From the NCBI GenBank assembly GCA_963756815.1, contig CAVWPR010000018.1, positions 11,140 through 75,139 of the forward strand: a stretch of DNA of 64,000 nt, read 5' to 3'. The notes beneath the pieces were generated by a model. That model was not told the DNA's origin. It ran no database searches and saw nothing but the letters and a program-made list of their open reading frames with translations. Source of the stretch: an uncultured Acidimicrobiia bacterium. Lineage in GTDB: Bacteria > Actinomycetota > Acidimicrobiia > IMCC26256 > JAENVU01. A program made the translations under genes and the position numbers. This document shows positions 28,606 through 37,467 of the stretch, piece by piece. The first letter of the stretch is position 1, and each line of letters starts with the position of its first letter.

Positions 28606-30957
28606 TCAGGCCGGCGGAGCGATGCACGGCAGCGCGTTGCAGACGTCGACGACCGTGCCGTTGGGCCGCAGGAACTCGGACTTCTGCTGCTGGTTGAGCG
28701 TGGACCGGCGCGGGTACTCGTGCGGATCGTTCCCGTAGGCCGGCTCGCTCGGCGCGATGTTGCCCAGCGGTGGCGCCGGGTTCAGGCTGTCCCAGTAGAC
28801 GATCGCCGAGCCGTTCCACGGGAGGAACGAGATCGGCGTGATGCCCCAGAAGGGCACGACGTCGGGGCTGCGACCCGGGTACAGGCCGGGCATGAGGATG
28901 CGCGCCCCGATGGTGCGCGCCTCGACCTCCGCGGTCACGTTCGCCACCTGGTGGTCACCGAACGCGACCTCCATCAGGACCTGGTGCCGCGGCGTGCCCG
29001 GATACGGGTCGTCGGTGATGTGCTCGGCGTAGCCGTCGCCTCGGACCGGTCCCACAGCATCTGCACCACCGAGAACCAGATCATGCGGTCGAGCTCGTCG
29101 GGATAGCTCGGATTCAGGATCGCCTTGTAGGTGTCGAAGTCGCTGCTGCGCTGCAACAGCGTCGAATAGTTCATGCCCGGGACACCGAGCACCGAGTGGG
29201 TCCAGTCCTGGGCGAGTGCGGTCAGCGCGCCGCCGAGGATCCCGCCCTGGCTGTTGCCGTCGTAGACGACGGAGCCGTCGAGCACCGGCGTCGCGCCCGC
29301 GCCCATGCGGAACGCGGGGTCGGACGCGAAGCCGCGCGGGTCCTTCACCAGCCGGGCGAGGAACAGCTGGTTCAGGAACCCCTGCTGCGTGCGGTCGGCG
29401 ACCTTCGGGAAGTTCGACACGTCCTGCAGGGCCGCCGCCGCGACGCCGAGATCCTCGTCGGCGAATCCGGACCACTTCGTCGCGCAGAACACGAACCGGT
29501 GGGTGTTGCTCATCGTGCGGACGTTGCCGGCGTTGACCTCGTCGGGGTTCCCGAGGAGGCCGTGACCGTAGATCCCGCCACGAGCGGGGGTGACCGGGTC
29601 GTTGCCGTCGGCGCTCACCGAGCGCGGGATGTTGCAGATGAACTGCGCGGTGAAGTTGCCGTTGCGGACCGGCAGCGCGTCCGGGCCGGCGCCGGGCGCG
29701 TACGCGAACCGGTTGCCGGGCGAACCGTCGCCGGTGAGGTAGTTCGGGACCGTGAACGTCCCCGTGACCCGCCGGGTGATCAGGGCGTCGACGTTGTTCT
29801 GGACGCCGGTGACGGTGAAGCGGGGCGCGGCGCCCTGGAGCGACGCGAATGCGTCGTCACGAATGTGGAGCATCCGGCCGGCGATGTTCTGCTCGCTCGC
29901 GACGGTGAAGTCCCACGCCAGGTTCAGGTTCGCCCGTGCGATCCCGGCGTGCTCGAGGGTGGTGAACAGCTGCTCGAAGTGGCCGCGTCGCGACTCGATC
30001 GCGTTCGTGAACGTGGGGATGCCGTCGCGGTAGAGCCGGAACCCGCGCTCGGCCGGGATCAGCGCACCGTAGCCGTCGCGCAGGTTGCGCATCGCGACGA
30101 TGAAGCGATGACCCTCGGGGAGGTTCTTCGCGACGCGTACGACGAGCGCTTTCACGTCGACCGGATCGGCCTGACTGTCGAGCTCGGACCAGATCGGCCA
30201 CCGCTGCCCGGTGTCGGCGTCGAGCAGCACGATGGGCTGGTCGGCGCCGAGTGACGCCCCGATGTTCGTGATCGGCGCAGCACCCGTCTTCACGAGATCG
30301 AGCCCTGGGACGTACGTGACGACCATCGCACCCGGGCTGAAGCCGTCGTTGCGGTTCCACTCGGTCGGGTCGATCGAGACGCCGGACGGCGTTCGCCGGC
30401 ATCGAGGCGCGGTCGAAGTGCACGCGCCGACCGGTGCCGCTCGTGGGGTCGGCGACCGTGAAGAAGTCGTTCGGGAAGGGCATCAGGCACTTGCGCGCCG
30501 CGATCGGGTCGCACCGGTTCGCGGTGGCCGTGGCGACGGCCGGCTCCCACGAGAAGCTCGCGTATCCCTCCTCGGTCCCGGTGCCCGTCTTCGGCGCCGC
30601 CGTCGCCTTGATCGTGAGCAGGCCGGGCTGCAGGTCGGCCGCGTGCAGCGCGGCGGTCGCGCCCGTGGCGTCACGCGTCAGCCGGCCGGTGATCTCGGTG
30701 GTGGCGGTCGGGTCCGGCCACCCCGCGACGATCCACACCCGCAGCGAGGACACGTCGAGGTTGGCGGCGAGCCGAATGTCGAGCGGGACCTCGCCCGACG
30801 TCGGCGCCTGCGTCCGGTTGGCGGGAGCGACGACGCGGACCCCGGACGGCTGGGCCGGCCCGTGGCCCGGGAACCACTGGCCCGGGATCCGACACCCGGC
30901 CAGGACGACCACGGTGGCCGTCAGCGCGACCACCCAACGACGCGTACGCATCCCCAT
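28606..30957 (-). pseudogene. Large secreted alpha/beta-hydrolase-like lipoprotein (lipase/esterase-like), two frame breaks (about 30378 and about 29040)
   Basis: The lipobox signal is MRTRRWVVALTATVVVLAGC. The putative nucleophile is DGNSQGGILGG and the putative histidine is AFGDHQVANV. Three consecutive track ORFs join with continuous protein-like sequence. Confidence 0.7.
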
Positions 30958-31012
30958 GTCCCCCCGAACCTCGCGAACTGGACGCAGCGTATCGACGGGC
31001 ACGGTACGACCG

Positions 31013-31465
31013 CTATCGAGCGGACACCTCGGGACCGCGCTCGGCACGGTCCGCGAGCCGGCGCGCGGTGTCGCCGAGGAATGCCCGGAGGAACCAGCGC
31101 ATCGGCGCGCCGGTGCCCGGGTACAACGTGTCGAACTCGCTGTGCCACCGGATGCGCGTCCCATCGTCGACCGGCTCCAGCACGACGTCGGCGCGGTAGT
31201 TCACGATCGGCAGACCCCGCACCAGCACGTACGCGAGGTGCCGGGGCGGGTCGAAGACCACGACCTCCTCGAGGCTCGAACCGCCGCTGCGGGCGAAGCG
31301 CCGGATCGCGCCGACGCCGTCGGGCTCCGGCGCACCCTCCCGCTCGAGCCGCGTGTCGGTGAGTCGCGTCCACTCCTTCCACGACGCGGCGTCGGCGAGC
31401 CAACGCCAGACCGCCTCCGGCGTCGCAGTGCTGGTCCGCTCGAGCTCCACCACATGGTGCGACAC
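31013..31465 (-). CDS. SRPBCC-family protein
   Basis: GTG 31465. Sequence is VVELERTSTATPEAVWRWLADAASWKEW..GAIRRF..LEEVVVFDPPRHLAYVLVRGLPIVNYRADVVLEP. Confidence 0.7.
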   Translation of the reverse strand: MSHHVVELERTSTATPEAVWRWLADAASWKEWTRLTDTRLEREGAPEPDGVGAIRRFARSGGSSLEEVVVFDPPRHLAYVLVRGLPIVNYRADVVLEPVDDGTRIRWHSEFDTLYPGTGAPMRWFLRAFLGDTARRLADRAERGPEVSAR

Positions 31466-31470
31466 GACCG

Positions 31471-32247
31471 CTACCTGCCCCGCCACTCGGGCGTGCGCCC
31501 CTCGCGCGCCGCGCGCATGCCCTCGGTCGCGTCCTCGCTCGCGCCCACCACGCGCCGCATCGACTCGCCGAGGCGCACGGCGTCCTCCCACGGGAGGTGC
31601 GCGCCGCGGGCGGCCATCTCCTTCGTGGCCCGCTGGGCCAGCGGTGCCGCGGCGACCAGTCGGCGAGCCAGGGCCGTCGCCTCGTCCATGAGCGACTCGC
31701 GCGGCACCACCTTCCACACCAGACCCATCTCCTTCGCCGCCGTCGCGTCGACGCGGTCACCGGTGAGCAGGAGCTCCATCGCGTGCGACCACCCGACCCG
31801 TCCCGGCAGCCGCATGGCGCCCACGATCGTGGGCACACCGAGCCGGACCTCGGGGAACCCGAACTCGGCGTCGTCGGCGGCGATCACGAAGTCGCAGCGC
31901 AGCACTGCGGTGAGCCCGTAGCCGAGGCAGTACCCCGGCACCGCCGCGATCGTCGGCTTCCAGATCTCGAGGCCGCTCTCGAAGGAGTTGACCGTCGGGA
32001 TCTCCCAGAACGAGCCCGGCCACTCACCGACCGACCCGCGTCCGTCCTTCAGGTCCGCCCCGACGCAGAAGGCACGTCCCTCGCCGGTGACGATGCCGAC
32101 CCATGCGTCCTCGTCGGCCCGGAACCGCTCCCAGCTGGCGTTGAGGTCCCGGCGGAGCTCGGCGTTGATCGCGTTCAGCGCCTCGGGCCGGTGGTACGTG
32201 ATCGTCGCGACGTGGTCGACGCACTCGTAGAGGACGGTGTCACCCAT
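31471..32247 (-). CDS. Enoyl-CoA hydratase/isomerase (crotonase family)
   Basis: Intact 258 aa ORF with ITYHRPEALNAIN and GEGRAFCVGADLK. Confidence 0.9.
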   Translation of the reverse strand: MGDTVLYECVDHVATITYHRPEALNAINAELRRDLNASWERFRADEDAWVGIVTGEGRAFCVGADLKDGRGSVGEWPGSFWEIPTVNSFESGLEIWKPTIAAVPGYCLGYGLTAVLRCDFVIAADDAEFGFPEVRLGVPTIVGAMRLPGRVGWSHAMELLLTGDRVDATAAKEMGLVWKVVPRESLMDEATALARRLVAAAPLAQRATKEMAARGAHLPWEDAVRLGESMRRVVGASEDATEGMRAAREGRTPEWRGR

Positions 32248-33200
32248 CCCGTCAGCTTCGCACCCGTGCGCCGGGCCCGGGCGACCGCGGCGTCGAAGTC
32301 CGGCGCCAGCGCCTCGGCGAGGCAGCCGTGACCGTCGCCGTTCGGATGGAACCGGTCGGGGGTGAAGAACGCCTCACCGCGCACGCGGAACGCCTCGTTG
32401 ACGTGTCGACCGACCTCGACGTGCACCGCGCGCGCGGCTGGGTGGGTGGCTCGGGCCTTCCGGCGCTCGTACGCCTGACCACGGCACCTGAGCATCGTCC
32501 TCAGCGCGACCGGCACCCTCGGGATCACCGCGAGGTCGATGAGTCCGCACACGAGCGTCTCGATGCCGGCGCGGTCGAGCGCGCCCACCACGGCGCGCAG
32601 GTCCCGCTCGAACTGGCCGAGGGGTGTCGAGTGGACGGCGTCGTTCGCGCCGACCGACAGCACCACGAGGTCCGGGGCCGCGTCGAGGACGGCCGGGAGC
32701 TGACCCATCAGCACGTCGGCGACGCGGGACCCGCCCGCCGCGAACCGCGTCAGGTGCACGGGGACGCCGGCGCCGGCCACGACACGCGCCACGAACGTCT
32801 CGCGCGCGTGCTCGAGGCCCGGACCGGTGAGCGTGCTGTCGCCGACGGCGGCGACCCGCACCGGCGTCGCCTCCGCGACGTCGGGCCCGTAGTAGCCGGT
32901 GACGTCGAGGTCGTCGTACTCGGGCAGGTTCGCGCGCGCGGCGCGGTGCGCCTGCACCCACACACCCCCGACCATCGCCGGAAGCGCCAACGCCGCCCCC
33001 CTGGCCCGCATAGAGCCACCGATCGTGAACCTCCGACCGCGCGCGTACATAGTGCCGGCGGCGCTATTTCTCGCCGGGTCACGACCGAGCCGGAGCGCAG
33101 CGGAGGCGAGCAGCCGCGGAGCGAGCCCGTCGACCGGCCGGACGGAGCCGCGTCCGCTGCGATCGGCGGAGCCGCCGTCGAGCGGAGCATCAGCGGCCAT
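32175..33200 (-). CDS. SGNH/GDSL-family hydrolase with N-terminal anchor
   Basis: Block I is VAAVGDSTLTG, block III is SVGANDA and block V is DRFHPNGDGH. A start at 33200 would overlap the upstream stop (TGATG); alternative starts are 33050 and 33011. The 3' end overlaps the next gene by 73 nt, so the stop may be affected by an indel. Confidence 0.7.
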   Translation of the reverse strand: MAADAPLDGGSADRSGRGSVRPVDGLAPRLLASAALRLGRDPARNSAAGTMYARGRRFTIGGSMRARGAALALPAMVGGVWVQAHRAARANLPEYDDLDVTGYYGPDVAEATPVRVAAVGDSTLTGPGLEHARETFVARVVAGAGVPVHLTRFAAGGSRVADVLMGQLPAVLDAAPDLVVLSVGANDAVHSTPLGQFERDLRAVVGALDRAGIETLVCGLIDLAVIPRVPVALRTMLRCRGQAYERRKARATHPAARAVHVEVGRHVNEAFRVRGEAFFTPDRFHPNGDGHGCLAEALAPDFDAAVARARRTGAKLTGWVTPSSTSASTTSRRSRTTGPRR

Positions 33201-34138
33201 CAAGCAGGCCAGCCGGGCGGCCAGTTGTACTCGGTCCAGCCCGTGCCGACGCGGCCGTCGCTCGTGGTGTACCGACACATCGCGCGCGGGAAGCGGGACT
33301 CGCGTCCGTCGGGTGCGACCAGCAGGACCGGGGCGTGCCCGACCGGCTCGGTCGTGAACGAGACGTCGCCGATGCGCTGGCGCGCCACGATCGGCAACGT
33401 CTCGGCGTCGAGCTCGACGGAATTCTCCACGACCGTCACCGGGGTGAGCACGCCCTCGGGCGTCACCGTGTAGCCGGTGGCGAACAGCTCGAGGTCCGGG
33501 ATGATCGAGCGCGCGGCGTGGAGGAACGAACCGTCGTCGAAGTGACCGGACGTCCAGTTCCAGGGGAAGAGCCACCAGTCGCGCACGCCCCATGAGTGGT
33601 CGCGCTGACCGGCGCAGTCGACGGCGATGGTCTCGTCGCCGACGGTCACCGTGCCACTCACCGACGACGAGATCTCGTAGCGCGTGGTCATCGCGTACGG
33701 GAACGGCTCGGCGCGCGACGTCCAGGTGAGATCGAGCGTGACCGGCACGCGCTCGCCGTCCAGACCGTGGAACGCCCGCTCGGGGTCGGGGAGCACCACT
33801 CCCTCGGCGCGGCTCGTGACCCGGAACGTGCGCAGCGGCTCGGGCCACGCGATCGCGACCTCGGTCCCACCGGCGCGCTGGTCGAGCGCGGCGTCACCGT
33901 CGGGGCACGCCAGCGAGTGGTCCACCACGAGCACGAGCGGCCGGTCGGCGCCGACCAGCGCGATCCACCACCACGCGGTGTCGAGGTTCGGGTAGAGCCC
34001 GAGGCGCACGTAACCGCCGAAGGCGCCGTCGGAGGCGGCCCAGTCCAGGTACCACGACTCGCCCCACAGCTCCTCGGGCCCGGCGGGGTGGCGCGCCTCG
34101 TCGGACGGCGCGAGGTCGAAGACGGAGTCCTCGGCCAT
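33200..34138 (-). CDS. Conserved hypothetical protein (beta-rich, Trp-rich)
   Basis: ATG 34138 overlaps the upstream stop (ATGA). Sequence is WGESWYLDWAASDGAFGGYVRLGLYPN..AWWWIALVG..QRDHSWGVRDWW. No family was assigned. Confidence 0.6.
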   Translation of the reverse strand: MAEDSVFDLAPSDEARHPAGPEELWGESWYLDWAASDGAFGGYVRLGLYPNLDTAWWWIALVGADRPLVLVVDHSLACPDGDAALDQRAGGTEVAIAWPEPLRTFRVTSRAEGVVLPDPERAFHGLDGERVPVTLDLTWTSRAEPFPYAMTTRYEISSSVSGTVTVGDETIAVDCAGQRDHSWGVRDWWLFPWNWTSGHFDDGSFLHAARSIIPDLELFATGYTVTPEGVLTPVTVVENSVELDAETLPIVARQRIGDVSFTTEPVGHAPVLLVAPDGRESRFPRAMCRYTTSDGRVGTGWTEYNWPPGWPA

Positions 34139-34665
34139 CAGTCGGGCGCGGGCAACGAGCTGCGGCCGCCCGTCGCCCAGTAGGACGCCGTGAGCTGCAG
34201 GCCGGCACGCCCCGACCGCGGTGACAGCTCCTCGAGCACGCGCCGGTACGCGGTGTGCAGGATCTTCCACTCGCCGTCGCGCTTGACGTAGTCGTCCTCG
34301 TAGAACGCCGCGCCCCTGATGTCGAGCTCCCACTGCGTGTCGACGACCCAGTCCTCGAGCGCCCAGATCCCGCTCGCGGTGTCGGGGCCGGTCAGCGTGA
34401 TCTCCGGGTGGTGGGCCTTGTGCGAGGAGAGGAACGTCTCGCGACCCATCGACCTCCGGAAGAAGTCGACGATCGCGTCACGTCCGTCGTACGAGTACGC
34501 CCCCGCGCTGTACGCGCACGTGGCCTCCGGGACGAAGAGCACGGCGATGTCGTCCCACCGCTTCAGGTCGAGGAAGCGGAAGTAGCGGTACTTGAGCACC
34601 TTGATGTGCTCCATCTCGACGAGGTCGTCCGGGGTCATGCGTCGCGCGTCTCGCTCGGCGCTCAT
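34138..34665 (-). CDS. NTF2-like / SnoaL-like domain protein
   Basis: Sequence IKVLKYRYFRFLDLKRWDDIAVLFVPEA..DGRDAIVDFF..HHPEITLTG..ASGIWALEDWV is typical of SnoaL_4-type proteins. There is an ATGA overlap with the upstream gene. Confidence 0.75.
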   Translation of the reverse strand: MSAERDARRMTPDDLVEMEHIKVLKYRYFRFLDLKRWDDIAVLFVPEATCAYSAGAYSYDGRDAIVDFFRRSMGRETFLSSHKAHHPEITLTGPDTASGIWALEDWVVDTQWELDIRGAAFYEDDYVKRDGEWKILHTAYRRVLEELSPRSGRAGLQLTASYWATGGRSSLPAPD

Positions 34666-35909
34666 GCGTATCGGGCCTCCTTGCCGCGCGACTCGCCGTG
34701 ATGCGCGACGGCGTCGGTGAGATCGCGCACGAGGTCGTCGACGACGGCTGCGTGCGCGGGTGAGAGCATCATGTGCAGCCCCTTCGGCTCGACGTTGCGG
34801 TTCACGTGCCAGCCGCGGTCGTCGAGCACGTCACCGACGGCGTCGAGGTCGACCGTGTCCGAGCGCATCGCGAGCACGGGACCGATCGGGTCACCGACCA
34901 GCTCCACGCCGTCGAGGCCGTCGATGCAGGCGCGGACCCGGTCGACCGTCTCGAGCAGCCCCCGCATCATCTCGACGTAGCCGTCGCGTCCGAGGGCGTG
35001 GAGCACGGTCCAGGCCGTCGCGATCGGCGCGGCGGGCTTGGCGCCGGCGACGCCGGGCGAGCCGTAGAGCCCGGATCCCCACTCGCGGAACACGAAGAAC
35101 TGGTGCCCGAACCAGTCGGCGTCGCGGTGCAGCACCACGGACGCGCCCTTCGGCGCGTACCCGTACTTGTGCACGTCGGCGCTCATCTCGGTGACACCCT
35201 CGACGCGGAAGTCCCAGGGCGGGACGTCGCGACCCAGCGCCTCCATGAACGGCAGGACGAACCCGCCGATGCACGCGTCGACATGGCAGCCGATGCCACG
35301 CTCCGCCGCGATCGCGGCGACGTCGGCGACCGGGTCCATGACGCCGTACGGGTAGTTGAAGGCCGACGCGACGACGACCGCGGTGTCGGGACCGATCGCA
35401 TCGCGCATCGCTCCGACGTCGGCCCGGTAGCGCCCGTCGAGCGGCGTGCGGACGACGTCCATGCCGAAGTAGTGGGCTGCCTTGTCGTACGCGGGGTGCG
35501 CCGAGGCCGGCGCGATGATCTGCGGGCGCGTCACCCCGCGGGCCTGCGCCCGCTCGCGGTTCACGAGCATCGACATGAGGATCGACTCCGTGCCGCCGGA
35601 GGTCATCGATCCGCCGCCCCCGGCCGGGACGTTCACGAGACCTCCGGTGATGGCGACGACCTCTCCCTCGAGGCGTGCGACCTCCGGGAACTTGAACGGG
35701 TTCAGCGCGTTCCCGAACAGGTAGCGCCGGTTGACCTCGGCGAGGAGGTCCTCGAGGTCGTCCCGGCCGGTCGGGTACACCAGCCCGAACAGGCGGGCCC
35801 CGTGGACGTCGGGCTCCTGGGCGCGGCGGCGGTCGATCTCGGCCAGCAGGTCGGCGGCAGGGGTGCCGGTGGCGGGGAGGCGCGCGGCGGTCGCGTCGGG
35901 GATGTCCAT
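34662..35909 (-). CDS. PLP-dependent decarboxylase/lyase (group II decarboxylase, sphingosine-1-phosphate-lyase-like)
   Basis: Motif MTSGGTESILMS and the PLP-lysine context SADVHKYGYAPKG. The 415 aa ORF is intact. Confidence 0.85.
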   Translation of the reverse strand: MDIPDATAARLPATGTPAADLLAEIDRRRAQEPDVHGARLFGLVYPTGRDDLEDLLAEVNRRYLFGNALNPFKFPEVARLEGEVVAITGGLVNVPAGGGGSMTSGGTESILMSMLVNRERAQARGVTRPQIIAPASAHPAYDKAAHYFGMDVVRTPLDGRYRADVGAMRDAIGPDTAVVVASAFNYPYGVMDPVADVAAIAAERGIGCHVDACIGGFVLPFMEALGRDVPPWDFRVEGVTEMSADVHKYGYAPKGASVVLHRDADWFGHQFFVFREWGSGLYGSPGVAGAKPAAPIATAWTVLHALGRDGYVEMMRGLLETVDRVRACIDGLDGVELVGDPIGPVLAMRSDTVDLDAVGDVLDDRGWHVNRNVEPKGLHMMLSPAHAAVVDDLVRDLTDAVAHHGESRGKEARYA

Positions 35910-36129
35910 CGACGGCGGACGCTACGCGCTGCGACGCGCGACCGTCACGGCCGCCACCCAGCGTGTCCTCGGGCACGCGGGGCGCCAACCGCCACGGACC
36001 GCGTTCTCGATGGGGCGGCTCGCTTGCGATTGTCCGGTTTGGGGGTGAGAATGCGCCGCTCGGAGTGCCATTCCAGGCGGACCTCCCGTCGCCCGACGGG
36101 AGCTGGGAACGGAAGGTACGGGGTCACTG

Positions 36130-37458
36130 ATGGGGACATCGCACGCGACGCGTGGTCGACGACGTCGTTTCGTCGCGTTCGTCGCGCTCGCGACGGTTCT
36201 CGTCGCGTGTGGGTCCGGCGCACACGACGGTGCGCCCGCGGCGCGCGGTCCGACGGTGACCATCGCCCGCGCGCCGAGCGTGTCCCCGTGCGGTCCGGGC
36301 AGCTCCGGCCCGTCGAACGAGATCGGTGTGGCCCCCGACGCGATCGCCGTGGGCGTCGTCGCCGACGTGAGCGGGGCCCGGGCGCTGTTCGGGTCCAATT
36401 GGGAGGCGATGGAGGCGTTCGCGGCCTACTGCAACTCCCTCGGCGGCATCGCCGGTCGCCGCCTCGACGTGCGCCTCTTCGACACCAACGTGTTCCGCCA
36501 CCGGCAGGCGATCACCGACGCGTGCACCTCCGTGTTCGCGATCGTGGGTTCCGCCGCCGCCTTCGACGGTGACGGCGCGAGCATCGAGACCGATTGCGGT
36601 ATCCCGGACGTCCCGGCGCTCGTGGCCGAACCCGCCCACGAGCGAGTCCCGACGGTGGTCACCCCGCTGCCGAACCCGCCGTCGCTCTACCTCGTCGGCC
36701 CGCTCCGCTACCTGGCTCGCATCGCGCCGGACGCGATCCGTCGTGCCGCGATGGCGTACGTGGACGTCGGGGTGACCGCGATCCGTGCCGCGCGCCAGGT
36801 GGCGGCGAGCAAGGCGGTGGGCTACCGATTCTCGGTGAAGGCCCCGATTCCGGCGCTCACCGATCCGGCCGACCTCGACAAGGTCGCCGCGCAGGTGGTC
36901 CACGGCGGGGCGAAGTATCTCAGCGTGCAGGGCGCCATCAGCGATCTCGCCGGGCTCCAGCAGGCGCTGGCCGCCCGTCGCTACCGGCCCTCGGTGATGG
37001 ACGCAGGCCCGCTCTTCTACGACCCGCGCTACCCCCGCCTCGCGGGTGCCGCCGCCGACGGCACGTATGTGCTCGCGCAGACGACGCCCTTCGACGACGC
37101 CGCCCGCGTGCCGGAGCTCGCCCGCTACGTCGACTGGCTGCGCCGCACGGTGCCCGCCGCGGAGCCGACCGCGCAAGGCGTGCGGAGCTGGTCGGCCGCG
37201 TTGCTCTTCGCCGAAGCCGCCCGGCGCGCGTCGGCGCATCTCGACCGCGCCACGCTGCTCGCCCGCCTCCGCGCCGTCCACGCGTGGGACGGCAACGGCG
37301 TCCAGATCCCCACCGACCCCGGCGGAAACCGGGCATCGACGTGCTTCGCCTATGTCCGCGTCGAAGGGGGCGGGTTCCAACGCGCGTACCCCGCGCGTGG
37401 CTTCGCCTGCCCTCGCGACGGTTGGCTCCGCCTCCGTCGCGACTTCACCCATCTGTAG
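36130..37458 (+). CDS. Type-I periplasmic-binding-fold (Leu/Ile/Val-type) solute-binding lipoprotein, first gene of the conservon operon
   Basis: The lipobox is FVALATVLVAC. It shares blocks with the SBP at 41594: CNSLGGIAGRRL against CNAAGGINGRKI, and TDACTSVFAIVGSAAAFDGDGASIETDCGIPD against TESCANDFMTVGGGVVFDQDGVQTRLSCLMPD. It ends 9 nt before the sensor gene. Confidence 0.8.
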   Translation: MGTSHATRGRRRRFVAFVALATVLVACGSGAHDGAPAARGPTVTIARAPSVSPCGPGSSGPSNEIGVAPDAIAVGVVADVSGARALFGSNWEAMEAFAAYCNSLGGIAGRRLDVRLFDTNVFRHRQAITDACTSVFAIVGSAAAFDGDGASIETDCGIPDVPALVAEPAHERVPTVVTPLPNPPSLYLVGPLRYLARIAPDAIRRAAMAYVDVGVTAIRAARQVAASKAVGYRFSVKAPIPALTDPADLDKVAAQVVHGGAKYLSVQGAISDLAGLQQALAARRYRPSVMDAGPLFYDPRYPRLAGAAADGTYVLAQTTPFDDAARVPELARYVDWLRRTVPAAEPTAQGVRSWSAALLFAEAARRASAHLDRATLLARLRAVHAWDGNGVQIPTDPGGNRASTCFAYVRVEGGGFQRAYPARGFACPRDGWLRLRRDFTHL

Positions 37459-37467
37459 GAGATTCGA

